DNA of 64,000 nucleotides, taken from IMG/VR virus record IMGVR_UViG_2934384730_000002, positions 23,867 to 87,866 of that record; one strand, 5' to 3'. The position numbers and the translations under genes are program-made. Below are positions 26,229 through 35,925 of this stretch, one piece after another. Source of the DNA: a virus (Duplodnaviria > Caudoviricetes). The notes under the pieces are model-generated. The model searched no databases. It saw only the letters and a list, made by a program, of their open reading frames with translations, and was not told the DNA's origin. The stretch's first letter is position 1, and each line of letters begins with the position of its first letter.

Positions 26229-26918
26229 TCAGCCGCGGTGGCGGCGGGTGTAGGGCGGGAGGTCGCTGGTGATGGTGGCGGCGAGGTCGGCGGGGCGGCG
26301 CTGGCCGGGGATGTGCGCGCGGCTGGTGAGGTGGTTGGTGAGCCGGTCGGCCGGGACGATGAGGATGCCGCGGAACTCAAGCTGGGTGGCGGGGCGTCCG
26401 TGGGGTCCGATGAGCTGGGGGCCGTCCATGACGACGAGCGGGGTGACGCGGACGCCGAGGACGCGGGCGACGGTGGCGGTCTCGTGGCGGAGGCCGTTGA
26501 GGCGGTCGGTGACGTCCTCGTTCCCGTGGAGAAGGCGGCCGGCGCAGATGAGGACCGGGCGGGCGGCCGACCACTTCTTGGTGTCGGGGAGGAAGACGGT
26601 CCCGGCCGGGCTGATGGCGAGGTGGTCGACGTTGGCGCGGCCGGTGGGTAGGGCGCGGTCGTGGAAGATCCTCCAGCCCGCGTGGGTGAGAGGGGCGAGG
26701 CGGGCGGCGGTGCGGCGTTCCCCGGCGGCGCCGGCGTCACTGCGGTCCGCGAGCGCGGCGGCGCGGGTGCGGATACCGAGGGCCGTGGCGAGGCGGACCA
26801 GGGGGGTACGCAGAGCACGGGCCCGGGCGGCGGCCGAGGCGCCGGCGCCGCGGCGGGGGCGGTGGGTGTGCCACCACCACGCGGCGGCGGCGATGGCGAG
26901 GAGGGCGGTTAACGTCAC
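26229..26918 (-). CDS. NERD-domain nuclease with N-terminal TM segment
   Basis: GAAGE..TA..L, FHDR, NVDHLAISPAG...DTKKW. Confidence 0.8.
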   Translation of the reverse strand: MTLTALLAIAAAAWWWHTHRPRRGAGASAAARARALRTPLVRLATALGIRTRAAALADRSDAGAAGERRTAARLAPLTHAGWRIFHDRALPTGRANVDHLAISPAGTVFLPDTKKWSAARPVLICAGRLLHGNEDVTDRLNGLRHETATVARVLGVRVTPLVVMDGPQLIGPHGRPATQLEFRGILIVPADRLTNHLTSRAHIPGQRRPADLAATITSDLPPYTRRHRG

Positions 26919-27280
26919 GGGTTCGGTTCCTTCGGGGTGTGGGTGGGCTCGGGGACATGGCCGGGGACGGGCTCCGGGCGGTGTGTCCTCGCACCGGGGG
27001 AGGTGTCCTCGCGGGTGTCCGGCGGGGCGCTCGGGGGCAGTCCCGGGGGCGGTTGTCTCCGTCGGTGGGCACGGGTGTCTCCGCAGGTGGCTACGGGTGT
27101 CCGCGCCAGGGGGACACGGTCCGAGCGGGGTGTCTCCCGACCCGGTGGCGGCCTGTCCCTCGACCTGGGGACGGGCGGGCAGTGGGGTGGGGCTGGTGGA
27201 GCGCGCGAGGGGCGGGGGACGCGTCCGGGGACAGGTGTCTCCCGGGTGGTGTCCCCCGCCCCTCGCGGAGGTGGCGGCGG

Positions 27281-27489
27281 TCAGGCCCCCGTGAACTCGT
27301 GGGGGTCCAGGGCGACGGGCAGGCCGTCCGGGTCACCGTCGAGGACCACGCCGTACCCGCAGCCCTGGCCGACCGGGAGGCCGGTCACGGTGCCAGGGTG
27401 CCGGCGGGGGCGCCCCACGCTCCCTCCCACCCGGGGGCGAGGTCGATGGTGGTGCGGACGCGCTGCCCGATCGTGTACGTGGTGCTCAT
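27281..27489 (-). pseudogene. Small SH3-like hypothetical gene with a 1-bp frameshift
   Basis: MSTTYTIGQRVRTT...GTL stops at 27385; the adjacent frame continues TVTGLPVGQGCGYGVVLDGD...* to 27281. Confidence 0.6.
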
Positions 27490-27553
27490 GCTGGTTGCTC
27501 CTTCTGTGCGGTGGCGGGGCGGCGGCCGTTCCGCCGCCCCGGGGGATGGGTGG

Positions 27554-28282
27554 TCAGTAGTGGGTGCCGCGGTAGAGGTCCGCGAGGAGCGCGGTCGCGT
27601 TGTCGGCCCGCTTCCCGTCGGCCTCGACGGCGGACTCCACGACGGTGCGGGCGGCCTTCTCCAGGTCCCCGTAGAGGAAGTCGGAGAGCGGCACAAACGC
27701 GTCCTCCATCGGCTCGTAGGCGCCGTCGCTGGCGAGCCAGAGCCGCGCCCACTCGTCGCCGGGGGTGTGGGTGGTCTCCTCGACCGCGGGGTGGCCGTGG
27801 AGGGCCTGGAGCCCGGCGTCCGTGCTCTGTGCGCCGAGGGCGGAGGTCAGAATGTTCCGCGCACCGTACGGGGGGTAGACGCGGCGGTCGTTGTGGTCGT
27901 CGGTGAGCTGGACCGCGTCGAAATCCGACCAGAGGTAGGCGCGGGCGTCGCCGCACCACGCCACGGTGAGGGGCCGGCCGGGGACGGTGACGACGACAAC
28001 GGCGGCGGCGTGCGGGAGGTTGACCCACGGGTTGTCGTGGCCGGGGCGGGCGGCGTACTTGGCGTAGGCGGCGCGCAGGCCGGCCCCGGCGTTCTGGTGG
28101 CGGGCGGCGAGCGCGGCGACCTGGTGGGCGGCGCCGCGGGTCCAGCGGGCCACTTCCTCGGTCGAGCCGACGCCGTCGAGGAGGGCGAAGGCGCGGACGC
28201 CGCCGGGGGCGGCGACGACGGTTGCGGTGTCGCACTGCCGGGAGCGGGCACCGGTGTGCTTCGCGATGGCGTAGGTACGCAT
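27554..28282 (-). CDS. PP2C-family Ser/Thr phosphatase-like protein
   Basis: QCD, LLDGVG, WCGDARAY, LTDDHN, LASDG, DNAT. Confidence 0.8.
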   Translation of the reverse strand: MRTYAIAKHTGARSRQCDTATVVAAPGGVRAFALLDGVGSTEEVARWTRGAAHQVAALAARHQNAGAGLRAAYAKYAARPGHDNPWVNLPHAAAVVVVTVPGRPLTVAWCGDARAYLWSDFDAVQLTDDHNDRRVYPPYGARNILTSALGAQSTDAGLQALHGHPAVEETTHTPGDEWARLWLASDGAYEPMEDAFVPLSDFLYGDLEKAARTVVESAVEADGKRADNATALLADLYRGTHY

Positions 28283-28359
28283 GCGGGGCTCTCCTTGCTC
28301 ACGCCGAGGGCGTGAGGGTAGAGGGCGGGCCGCGGTGGTGGCGGCCCGCTCCGGGTGGG

Positions 28360-28881
28360 TCAGGCGGGGACGGCGGCCGGGGCCGGGAGGAACACGGCGG
28401 CCAGGGCGTCGCGGTCGGCGCCGTGGGCGGCGAGGAGCGCGATCGTGGCGGTGAGCGTGAGGCGGACCCTGCCGCGCTCCTCGGTGACGAGGCGGCACCC
28501 GTAGAGGCGGGAGGTGGTGCGGACGTCGACCGGCTCGGCGTCGGCGCTGGTGCGGATGCGGAGGCGGGGGCGGTCCCGGTCCTGCTTGTCGAGGTAGGCG
28601 TGTGCGTCGGCCGACCGGGCGATGGCGTGGAGGGCGGCGAGGACGCTGGCGTGGAGGTGTCCGGCGGGGGTGTGGGGGGTGAGGACGACGGAGCGGGGCT
28701 CCTCAATCAGGCTGCCGCTGCCCAGGCGCCGGGCGGTCCAGGTGATGCAGGCGCCGCCGTCGGGGGTGGGGGTGACGGTGTAGCCGCGGTGGAGCGCGCG
28801 ACGGATGAGGTGGGCGGCGTGGGCCTCGCTGGCGTGGCCCTCAGTGATGCCCCCGGAGTGGAGCACGGTCTCGGCGAACAC
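28360..28881 (-). CDS. Hypothetical protein
   Basis: AGGAGG RBS; GC3-biased frame. Confidence 0.6.
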   Translation of the reverse strand: MFAETVLHSGGITEGHASEAHAAHLIRRALHRGYTVTPTPDGGACITWTARRLGSGSLIEEPRSVVLTPHTPAGHLHASVLAALHAIARSADAHAYLDKQDRDRPRLRIRTSADAEPVDVRTTSRLYGCRLVTEERGRVRLTLTATIALLAAHGADRDALAAVFLPAPAAVPA

Positions 28882-28930
28882 GGGTCCTCCTTCGGGCCGG
28901 GCACCGCGGCGGGTGCCCGGCGGGTCGTTC

Positions 28931-29200
28931 TCAGGCGTCGGTGGGGATGCGGGCGGCGTTGCAGTAGTGGGCGATGAGGGCTTGTCCGGTGCGGGTGAAG
29001 GCTTCGCGGACGGTCATGCCCTCGCCGAGGCGGCGGAGGTAGGCGCGGCGGATGGTGTCCAGGACCTCGTCCGAGGTGATCCGCGCGCCGACGGCCTCCA
29101 GGTCGTGACCCTCGTGGCCGTCCTCGGCGATGACCTTGGTGGCCATGGCCGCGATGTGGGCCACGGCGTCCTCGGTGGTGCGGATGCGGATGGTGGTCAT
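28931..29200 (-). CDS. Hypothetical protein
   Basis: ATG 29200 downstream of the palindromic promoter. Confidence 0.65.
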   Translation of the reverse strand: MTTIRIRTTEDAVAHIAAMATKVIAEDGHEGHDLEAVGARITSDEVLDTIRRAYLRRLGEGMTVREAFTRTGQALIAHYCNAARIPTDA

Positions 29201-29260
29201 GGCGTACGCCCCTTCCCTGGCTGGCCGTTCGGCCTGCCCAACACCCCGATACTCGCACGG

Positions 29261-29277
29261 TGACTTTGCAAAGTCAA
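29261..29277 (-). promoter_or_regulatory. Palindromic operator TGACTTTGCAAAGTCA overlapping a TTGACT -35
   Basis: Perfect 16-bp palindrome; variants at 31029, 33201, 52621. Confidence 0.75.
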
Positions 29278-29384
29278 CTTGCCTTTGGGGTGTTGCTGCG
29301 CAGCATGCTGCGGCGGGAGCGGCAGCCCTTCGGGGACAGCGTGGGGACACGCGGGGAGACGGTGTGTCCCCGCAGGTCACACGG

Positions 29385-30128
29385 TCAGGCCTGGTGGTCG
29401 GCCTCACCGGCCGGGAGCGCGCGCCGGTCCCCGGCGGTGAGCTGGTCCCCGGTGGCGCGCGCCCGTTCGTCGGCGACGATCCCGGCGTGGGCGGCGAGCA
29501 TGGCGTCCGCGACCGTGACCCGGCCGTGGTTGCCGGCGTGCTGCGCCTCGGCGCGCTTGCGCTCCAGGCGCATACGGATCTGGTCGTGGGTGAGGCCCTG
29601 GCCGCGCATGTCGCGAACGGCCTTGGCCGTGATGGCGGCGGTCAGGGCGGGCAGCGTCCCGGTGAGCCCGTCCCGCTTGATCCGGCCGGCCTCCACCTTC
29701 GCGCCGATGGCGGAGGTGGCTGCGGCTGCCGCGTTCGCGCCGATGCCGGGGGCGTCCTGGATGTACTCCCGGACGTCACCGAGGACGCGCTCCTCAGCGG
29801 CGGTGCGGGCCGGGGAGGGGGCGGTGCGGCGAGCGGGGGTGCTCGCCGTGGCGGGGCGGACCGGAGCCGGGGCGGCCGGCCTGCGGGGCGGGGTGGGCTC
29901 CTCGGTGGTGAGCACGTAAAAGGAGTTCGAGTGGACGTGGACGGTCCACTTGGCGCCGGGGGTGTTCTCGATGAGGACGGCGCGGCGGTTGGCCTCCCAG
30001 ACCTCGAAGGCGCGGGCCGGGTCGACGGGGACGAGGTGGCCGGTGCTGGAGTCGTAGGCGCGGCAGTAGCGGGCGGCGTCGCGGACGGCGGTGACGCGCT
30101 TGGTCCAGTTGCGGCGGATGGTGGTCAT
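29385..30128 (-). CDS. Hypothetical protein
   Basis: RBS and codon bias. Confidence 0.6.
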   Translation of the reverse strand: MTTIRRNWTKRVTAVRDAARYCRAYDSSTGHLVPVDPARAFEVWEANRRAVLIENTPGAKWTVHVHSNSFYVLTTEEPTPPRRPAAPAPVRPATASTPARRTAPSPARTAAEERVLGDVREYIQDAPGIGANAAAAATSAIGAKVEAGRIKRDGLTGTLPALTAAITAKAVRDMRGQGLTHDQIRMRLERKRAEAQHAGNHGRVTVADAMLAAHAGIVADERARATGDQLTAGDRRALPAGEADHQA

Positions 30129-30198
30129 GGGTCCTCGGCTTCCTGTGTGCAGGGTCGGGGGCCGGGCGCCGGTGGGGCGCCCGGCCGGTGGGGCGAGG

Positions 30199-30966
30199 TC
30201 AGGCGGTGAGGGTGAGGGTGTCCGTGTCGGGGGTGGCCAGGGCCTCCATGAGGGCGGTGGCGTCGCACTTGAAGGTGGTGCGGGTGGCCTTGCGCGGGGG
30301 GACCTCTCCACGGGCGGCGTAAGCCAGGGCCACAGCGGCGCCGTCCAGCACGGACCGCCCCGGGTTGCGCATGATCACGACGCGGCCGTACGTGCCGTTG
30401 GGGAGCTGCCGCAGCCAAGTGCGCTCCGCCTCCGCGAGCTTGGCGAGGTCCTTCGCCTGGCGGTCCAGGGCTGCGTACTGAGCCGCGTGAGCCTCCACGA
30501 TCTCCACGGCGGGGAGCTCGTCGGCGGGGAGGACCGGGTCGGCCTGGGGGGCCGGGGTGAGGGTGGTCTCTCCGAGGCGGGTTGCGATCTTCTCCACGGC
30601 GCGGGTGGCGGCGAGGGCGGCGCGGCGGGCGATGCGCTCCATGCGGCGCTCGGCGGTGCGGCGGGCGCGGCGGGCGGTGGCGGCCTCGGCCTTGCGGGCG
30701 CGGGCGGCGTCGGCCAGCTCGGCGAGGCGGGCTTCGCGGGTGGCGAGGCGGCGGGTGGCGGCGGCGATGCCCTTGCCGGTGCGCTCGGCGGCGCGGGCGG
30801 CCTTGCGGGCCTCGGTGCGGAGGGTGCGGGCCTTGAGGACGCGGGCGGTGGCGCGGGTGGCGGCGCGGGTGGCGCGGGCTTCCTCGCGGGTGGCGGTGGT
30901 GAGGGCGTCCTCGGCGTTGAGGAGGTTGGCGAGGTGGCGGGCGGCGGCGGCGGTGGTCTTGCTCAT
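30199..30966 (-). CDS. Ala/Arg-rich coiled-coil hypothetical protein
   Basis: GGGAG RBS downstream of promoter 31029. Confidence 0.65.
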   Translation of the reverse strand: MSKTTAAAARHLANLLNAEDALTTATREEARATRAATRATARVLKARTLRTEARKAARAAERTGKGIAAATRRLATREARLAELADAARARKAEAATARRARRTAERRMERIARRAALAATRAVEKIATRLGETTLTPAPQADPVLPADELPAVEIVEAHAAQYAALDRQAKDLAKLAEAERTWLRQLPNGTYGRVVIMRNPGRSVLDGAAVALAYAARGEVPPRKATRTTFKCDATALMEALATPDTDTLTLTA

Positions 30967-31028
30967 GGTGTGCTCCCGTCGTCTGCGGCCGGGCCCCTCG
31001 CCCTGCCTGCACCCCCATCTTGACACAG

Positions 31029-31045
31029 TGACTTTGCAATCTCAA
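31029..31045 (-). promoter_or_regulatory. Operator/promoter variant TGACTTTGCAATCTCA
   Basis: 14/16 match to the 29261 palindrome. Confidence 0.65.
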
Positions 31046-31111
31046 CTTGCTTTGTCTCTTTGCTTGGCGTGTTGCCTGACCGTGACGGTGACTCGGCAGC
31101 CCCCCAGGCAC

Positions 31112-31149
31112 GGACGAGCCCCCGCCGGGCGTCCCGGCGGGGGCTCGTC
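31112..31149. terminator. GC-rich hairpin
   Basis: GACGAGCCCCCGCCGGG...CCCGGCGGGGGCTCGTC after gene 31160-31360. Confidence 0.6.
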
Positions 31150-31159
31150 TCAGCGCGTG

Positions 31160-31360
31160 TCAGTACGCGCGGCCGTCGGTCCTGACGCGGGAGCCGACGA
31201 CCTTCCCGGGCAGCTCGGCGAGGGCGGCCCGCGCCGCGCGGGCGTGCACCTCGACGTCCGAGAGGCCGGCGGGACCGGTGAAGTCCCAGTAGATGGTGGA
31301 GAGGTCGGCACCGGGTGCGGTGCGGATCTGGACTTCGGTGGAGTAGTCCTGGCGCTTCAC
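31160..31360 (-). CDS. Small hypothetical protein
   Basis: AGGAGG RBS. Confidence 0.6.
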   Translation of the reverse strand: MKRQDYSTEVQIRTAPGADLSTIYWDFTGPAGLSDVEVHARAARAALAELPGKVVGSRVRTDGRAY

Positions 31361-31400
31361 GTGTCCTCCTGGTGACGGTCGGCGGGTCTGGTCGGTGGGG

Positions 31401-32522
31401 TCAGGCGGTGGGCCGGTAGGCGCTCACCGTGCGGACGGTCCCGGGCGCGGTCTCCCATCCGGCGGCCTGGAGCTTGTGGCGGATGTCACGGAGTTGCGCC
31501 GTGTGCGGGTGCCCGGCCGGCGTGACGTACCTGCCGCGCTCCACCCAGTAGGCGATCACGCCTCCGCCGGCCGCCGGCTCGACCACCAGGCCGGTGACCG
31601 TCGGGTCGTGCCCGGCCGCGCCCTCATCGGCGGCCGGGTCGAAGGTCTGGGGGACCTCTGCGAAGTGGGCGGAGGCGAGCACCTTGAGGGCCGCTGCCAC
31701 GCCTTGGTCAAGGACGTGGCGCGGGGAGGTGCCGCGGGTGCGCGCGGCGCAGTCCTGGAGCCGGTCCAGGGCCTCCTGGAGCTCGCCCAGGGAGACGTGG
31801 GCCAGGGCGTCCACGATGGGGGTGTCACCCTCCCCCCGGGCGGCGAGGGTCAGAATGCTGGACGCGGCGTCCTCCTCCGCCTGCCACCGGTAGATCGCTA
31901 CGGCGTGCTCCGTGCGGAGCCGACCTCCGGCCAAGACCCACCCGTACCGAACGGCGTGGCCGTAGCCGGTGCGGTACGTCCACGCGACGGGGCTGTCCTC
32001 GCCGCGAGCGTGGACGGCCTGGAAGCTGTTCGCCCGGCCGTCGTGGGAGAGGACCACGAAGTGGGCGGCGACCTCCGCCCGGAGGGCCTGCTCCTCCTGG
32101 TCCTGGGCCGGTGCCGCAGCGTTCTTCCGCTTCTCGATCTCGGCCTGGGTTCGGGCGGCGGATACTTCACCCTCGGCCAGGGCGGCGCGGAACCGCGGGT
32201 CCGGGTCGGCGGCCTTGAGGTAGTCCTGCGCGGCGGTGAGGTCGGCGAGGGCGGCGCGCCACTGGGGAGCGTCCGGGTCGGCCTGGCGGACGCGGGCAGC
32301 GGATGCGGACATGAGGAGGCGGGCGGCGGCCAGGTCCTCCGGGTTGGCGCGCCGGCAGTTGAGCGCGGCCCACTCCGTGCCGTCCTCCACGACGACGCGG
32401 ACGGGCTCGCCGTTGACGAGCGGGGCCATGACACGGACGGTGCGGGCGACGCCGTCCGAGCAGAGGATTCGGTCACCGGCCTGGAAGGTGGCCGGGGTGG
32501 TCCGGGTGGTCTGGATGGTCAC
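31401..32522 (-). CDS. Hypothetical protein
   Basis: GGAGG RBS before GTG 32522. Confidence 0.65.
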   Translation of the reverse strand: MTIQTTRTTPATFQAGDRILCSDGVARTVRVMAPLVNGEPVRVVVEDGTEWAALNCRRANPEDLAAARLLMSASAARVRQADPDAPQWRAALADLTAAQDYLKAADPDPRFRAALAEGEVSAARTQAEIEKRKNAAAPAQDQEEQALRAEVAAHFVVLSHDGRANSFQAVHARGEDSPVAWTYRTGYGHAVRYGWVLAGGRLRTEHAVAIYRWQAEEDAASSILTLAARGEGDTPIVDALAHVSLGELQEALDRLQDCAARTRGTSPRHVLDQGVAAALKVLASAHFAEVPQTFDPAADEGAAGHDPTVTGLVVEPAAGGGVIAYWVERGRYVTPAGHPHTAQLRDIRHKLQAAGWETAPGTVRTVSAYRPTA

Positions 32523-32613
32523 GGTTTCCTCCGTGGTCGAGGCGCGGACATGGTGTCCGGGCACCCTCCGGGCCGTCCGCCGTGGCGGGCGGCCCGGGGC
32601 ATGTCCGGGCGGG

Positions 32614-33144
32614 TCAGTAGGTGAAGACGGCCGGGTCCATGCGGGACACGCGGGTGACCTCGGCGGCATAGCGGTCGTAGCAGGCGAGGACAGCGGCCAG
32701 GCCTCCGACGGTGAAGGCGTCGCGGGCCTCAGCCTCGGCCCGCGCCCGGCGGGCGGGGTTGTAGCGCCAGATGGCCGTGCCGAGCCGCTTGGCGGAGCTC
32801 TCCGCGACGGTGGCGGGGTCCTCGTAGGCCGTCATGCGGGTCGCCAGGAGGTCCCGGTACCGCTGGAGGAGGGGGAGGGCCCAGGCGGCGCGGTCGCGGA
32901 GCTCGGCGCGGGCCTCCATGGCGGCCTGGAGGTCGGCGGCGCGGGCGGCGCGGCGGACGGAGTAGGAGGACCGGCCGAGGGCGGTGGCGGCGCACTTGGT
33001 GCCGTAGTAGGTGACCTCCCCGTCCGCCGCGCCGTCCTGGTCGAGCGGCTGGAGGGCGACGGTCCGGCGGAGGCCTCGGCGGTTGCAGCAGTCGCAGGAG
33101 GTGACGTCCCCGGTGGTGCCCATGATCTTGAAGTCCGCGCTCAT
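32614..33144 (-). CDS. Zn-binding hypothetical protein
   Basis: SCDCCNR...YYGTKCA. Confidence 0.7.
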   Translation of the reverse strand: MSADFKIMGTTGDVTSCDCCNRRGLRRTVALQPLDQDGAADGEVTYYGTKCAATALGRSSYSVRRAARAADLQAAMEARAELRDRAAWALPLLQRYRDLLATRMTAYEDPATVAESSAKRLGTAIWRYNPARRARAEAEARDAFTVGGLAAVLACYDRYAAEVTRVSRMDPAVFTY

Positions 33145-33200
33145 GTCGTGCTCCTCCCTCGGGGACCTGGTGCCCCCTTCGGAGCACCATCTAAGCAGGG

Positions 33201-33217
33201 TAGCTTTGCAATGTCAA
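33201..33217 (-). promoter_or_regulatory. Operator/promoter variant TAGCTTTGCAATGTCA with TTGACA -35
   Basis: Lies in the divergent intergenic region. Confidence 0.65.
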
Positions 33218-33291
33218 CGCGCTAGACGTTGGATGGCTCGCCACACCCTTAGCCTTGCCGCTTTGTAAACCCGGATGGCATAGTGCTCGCC

Positions 33292-33792
33292 ATGACCCCC
33301 ACCCGCCCCCGGCCCTTCACCCGGCTGAAGAAGCTTGCCGCGGCCCTCGAAAAGGCCGAGGCCGACCAGGCCACCGCCCGCGATGCCCTGCACGACGCGA
33401 TCCTCAAGCACCTCCGGGCCCGCAGCGCCCCGCCCGGGAAGATCGCCGCGCACACCCCCTATGACCGGAACTGGGTCGGTGAGCTCGGGCGCCGCGCCGG
33501 CATCCCGGCCCTGCGGGGCCCCCGCGCCGTCGGGCCGCCGCCCAAGTACGAGCCGGAGGTGCAGGCCGCCGCCCTGGCCGAGCTCGACCAGCTCACCGCC
33601 GCCTGGGAGAAGGCGGAAGACACTATCGAGCGAACCCGCCCGCTGGTGCACAAGGAGATCGTGGCCGAATACGAGGGCGGCGCCACTCCAGAAGAAATGT
33701 CGTCCCACGTACCCTATGACCGGAACTGGATCGGTGAGATTGCCCGCAACGCCTCCACGAAGAGGCACCGGGAAAGCCGCTCCTCCGCCTGA
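33292..33792 (+). CDS. Tandem-duplicated HTH-like regulator
   Basis: Two internal repeats (HTPYDRNWVGELGR / HVPYDRNWIGEIAR); divergent from the regulon; start could be 33283. Confidence 0.7.
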   Translation: MTPTRPRPFTRLKKLAAALEKAEADQATARDALHDAILKHLRARSAPPGKIAAHTPYDRNWVGELGRRAGIPALRGPRAVGPPPKYEPEVQAAALAELDQLTAAWEKAEDTIERTRPLVHKEIVAEYEGGATPEEMSSHVPYDRNWIGEIARNASTKRHRESRSSA

Positions 33793-33805
33793 TATCCCCG
33801 CCCCG

Positions 33806-33856
33806 GGAATGCCGAAAGGCCGCACAGTGACGCACTGTGCGGCCTTTCGGCATTCC
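33806..33856. terminator. 24-bp-stem hairpin between convergent genes
   Basis: GGAATGCCGAAAGGCCGCACAGTG-ACG-CACTGTGCGGCCTTTCGGCATTCC. Confidence 0.8.
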
Positions 33857-33862
33857 GGGCGC

Positions 33863-34105
33863 CTACAGCATTCCCGTGGCCCACGCGAAGACGATGAATC
33901 CGAGGAGGACCACGCACGCGATCTTCTGCGGCCTGGGCATGTCGACCAGCCGGACGCGGGGCTCCTCGATCACCTGCTCCCCGTCCGGGATGAGGCCCCC
34001 GTGCGCCACCCGGCGGTGCCGGGCTCGGATGCGGTCGAGCTCCTGCCGGCCGACCGGCGGGGAGGTCTCGCGGCACTTGGTGCACCGGTACTGGGACAGG
34101 GGCAT
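33863..34105 (-). CDS. Small Zn-binding membrane protein
   Basis: YRCTKC...HRRVAH; C-terminal TM. Confidence 0.6.
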   Translation of the reverse strand: MPLSQYRCTKCRETSPPVGRQELDRIRARHRRVAHGGLIPDGEQVIEEPRVRLVDMPRPQKIACVVLLGFIVFAWATGML

Positions 34106-34192
34106 CGCGTCCTCCGGGGAGCGGCCGTGCGGGGCGGTGCGGCGTGAGGGCCGCGCCGTGGCGGGGTACCGACGATAGCCCGCCCGGGGGCG

Positions 34193-35521
34193 TCAGGGGT
34201 GCCGAATCACCTTCCAGGCAGAGGGGCCGCGCTCGGCGTCGGGGACCACTTCGAAGGGGAGATCAGTGCCCTGTGCACCCAACCCCTTCTCGGGGGCCTC
34301 TCCTGGTGTTGTTGGCGTTGGCGTTGGCTCCTGACCTGCGGCAACAACACCTACAGGGGACCCCTCTCGGGAGGTCGGCAGCGGGGGGATGTCCTCCAGG
34401 TGCACGCCGGGCCCGTTCTTCCTCTTCACCTGGCCCCCGTCGAGGACCGCCGCGCGGACCCCCTCCCGGTGCCGGATGCCGGCCCCGTCGAGGGCCGCTT
34501 TCACGGCCTTGGTGGAGGGGAGGTTGTGGGCCTCCTGGAGGGTGGTGAGGAGGACCCCGCGGGCGCCCCGCAGGTGAGCGTGGAGGGAGCGCGCGAGGTC
34601 GTCCCGGGAGGGCGGGGCCGGGGCCTCCTGCGGGGGCTCCTGCGGGGCCTCACCCGAGGGCTCGGCGGGGGCCTGCGGGGAGGGCCCGGCGGGGGAGTCG
34701 GAGGCGGGTCGGGCGAGGGCGCTTTCCAGGGCCCCCGCGAGGGACCAGGCTGGCCGCGCCTTCTTCCCGCCCTTGAGGGTCCGCTTTCCCTTTCCGGCGG
34801 CCTTCTTCTCGGCCTTTCCTGTGCCCTCCTCTTCGGTCTTCTCGGTGGACTTCTCCGCGCCCTTAACCGGCTCCTCCTCGGGCTTGGCATTCGCCTTCCG
34901 GGATACGGCCATCGCCGTAAGGACGACGACGGCGGACGCGACGATTAGTGCGCCGATCTGGACGTCACGAGGGGACTGGATAAGCGCGTATACGGTGCCG
35001 CCCGGAATGGCGATAAGACGCACGAGGGGGTGGAAGCGCTGGCCGACCTTTCCGGTACACCAGGCGGCGGCGGCGATGCAGAGAACGGTGGCGCAGCCGT
35101 GGAGGAGCCGGAGGCCGCGCCGGGTGAGGTAGGCGGTGGCCCGTACGGCGAGCCGTCCGGCGCGCCGTGCACGGTGCGCGCTGCGGGCAGTGGCGACGGC
35201 TTCCCGGGCGAGGACACGTGGGGTGGTCCGGTCGGGCAGGTAGGGGCGGAGCGCCGGCATCGCCAGAGCACGTCGGGGGGCGGCCTCCTGGTCCGCCTCC
35301 AGCTCGACGTCCTCCGCGCCGTCGGCCTCGTCCGCTTCTGGGGCCGGGAGAGGCCGCTTCCCTGCAGGCATGCCCGCCTCCGCAGGGGCGTTGAGCGGCC
35401 CGTGGGGGCGGGAGAGGCCCGCCCCGGCCGGGGCGGGGGCCTCGACCGGGGCGGGGGCCGCAGGGCGCTTTGTGGGGGCCGGGAGGGCGGTCCCCTCCCC
35501 CAGCTGCTCGACGGTGGTCAC
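34193..35521 (-). CDS. Membrane protein with C-terminal putative winged-helix domain
   Basis: GTGA-coupled; central TM segments. Confidence 0.6.
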   Translation of the reverse strand: MTTVEQLGEGTALPAPTKRPAAPAPVEAPAPAGAGLSRPHGPLNAPAEAGMPAGKRPLPAPEADEADGAEDVELEADQEAAPRRALAMPALRPYLPDRTTPRVLAREAVATARSAHRARRAGRLAVRATAYLTRRGLRLLHGCATVLCIAAAAWCTGKVGQRFHPLVRLIAIPGGTVYALIQSPRDVQIGALIVASAVVVLTAMAVSRKANAKPEEEPVKGAEKSTEKTEEEGTGKAEKKAAGKGKRTLKGGKKARPAWSLAGALESALARPASDSPAGPSPQAPAEPSGEAPQEPPQEAPAPPSRDDLARSLHAHLRGARGVLLTTLQEAHNLPSTKAVKAALDGAGIRHREGVRAAVLDGGQVKRKNGPGVHLEDIPPLPTSREGSPVGVVAAGQEPTPTPTTPGEAPEKGLGAQGTDLPFEVVPDAERGPSAWKVIRHP

Positions 35522-35925
35522 GCGGCCAGCCTCTCCGCGGCGTCGGCCAGTGCGGCAGCGAACCGGGCGTACGGTCCGCCGGCCCCGGTGGCGACGTGGA
35601 CGAAGACGATACAGAGGACGCTGATGCCCCGTTTCGAGAACTTCTTGAACAGCGCGAGCGCGATCATGAGCGCTGCGAGTGCGGGCATCTTGAGCTCGGG
35701 CGCGACGGCCCCGATCACGCCCATGACGTCCTGGATGAGGGCGCCGATGATGTCGAAGGGAAAGCCCGCGGCGGAGTAGGCGACGCCGGCGAGGAGGCTG
35801 AGGCCGAGGCACCAGCCCCACGACAGCTTGACCTTTCCCCCCTCGTTCTCCTTGCCTCCGAACCAGAGGACAACAGTCAGGATGGCGGCGAGACCAAAGA
35901 GGCCGATGCCAGCGAGGAAGCTCAT
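35518..35925 (-). CDS. Multi-TM small membrane protein
   Basis: Strongly hydrophobic, 135 aa. Confidence 0.7.
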   Translation of the reverse strand: MSFLAGIGLFGLAAILTVVLWFGGKENEGGKVKLSWGWCLGLSLLAGVAYSAAGFPFDIIGALIQDVMGVIGAVAPELKMPALAALMIALALFKKFSKRGISVLCIVFVHVATGAGGPYARFAAALADAAERLAA

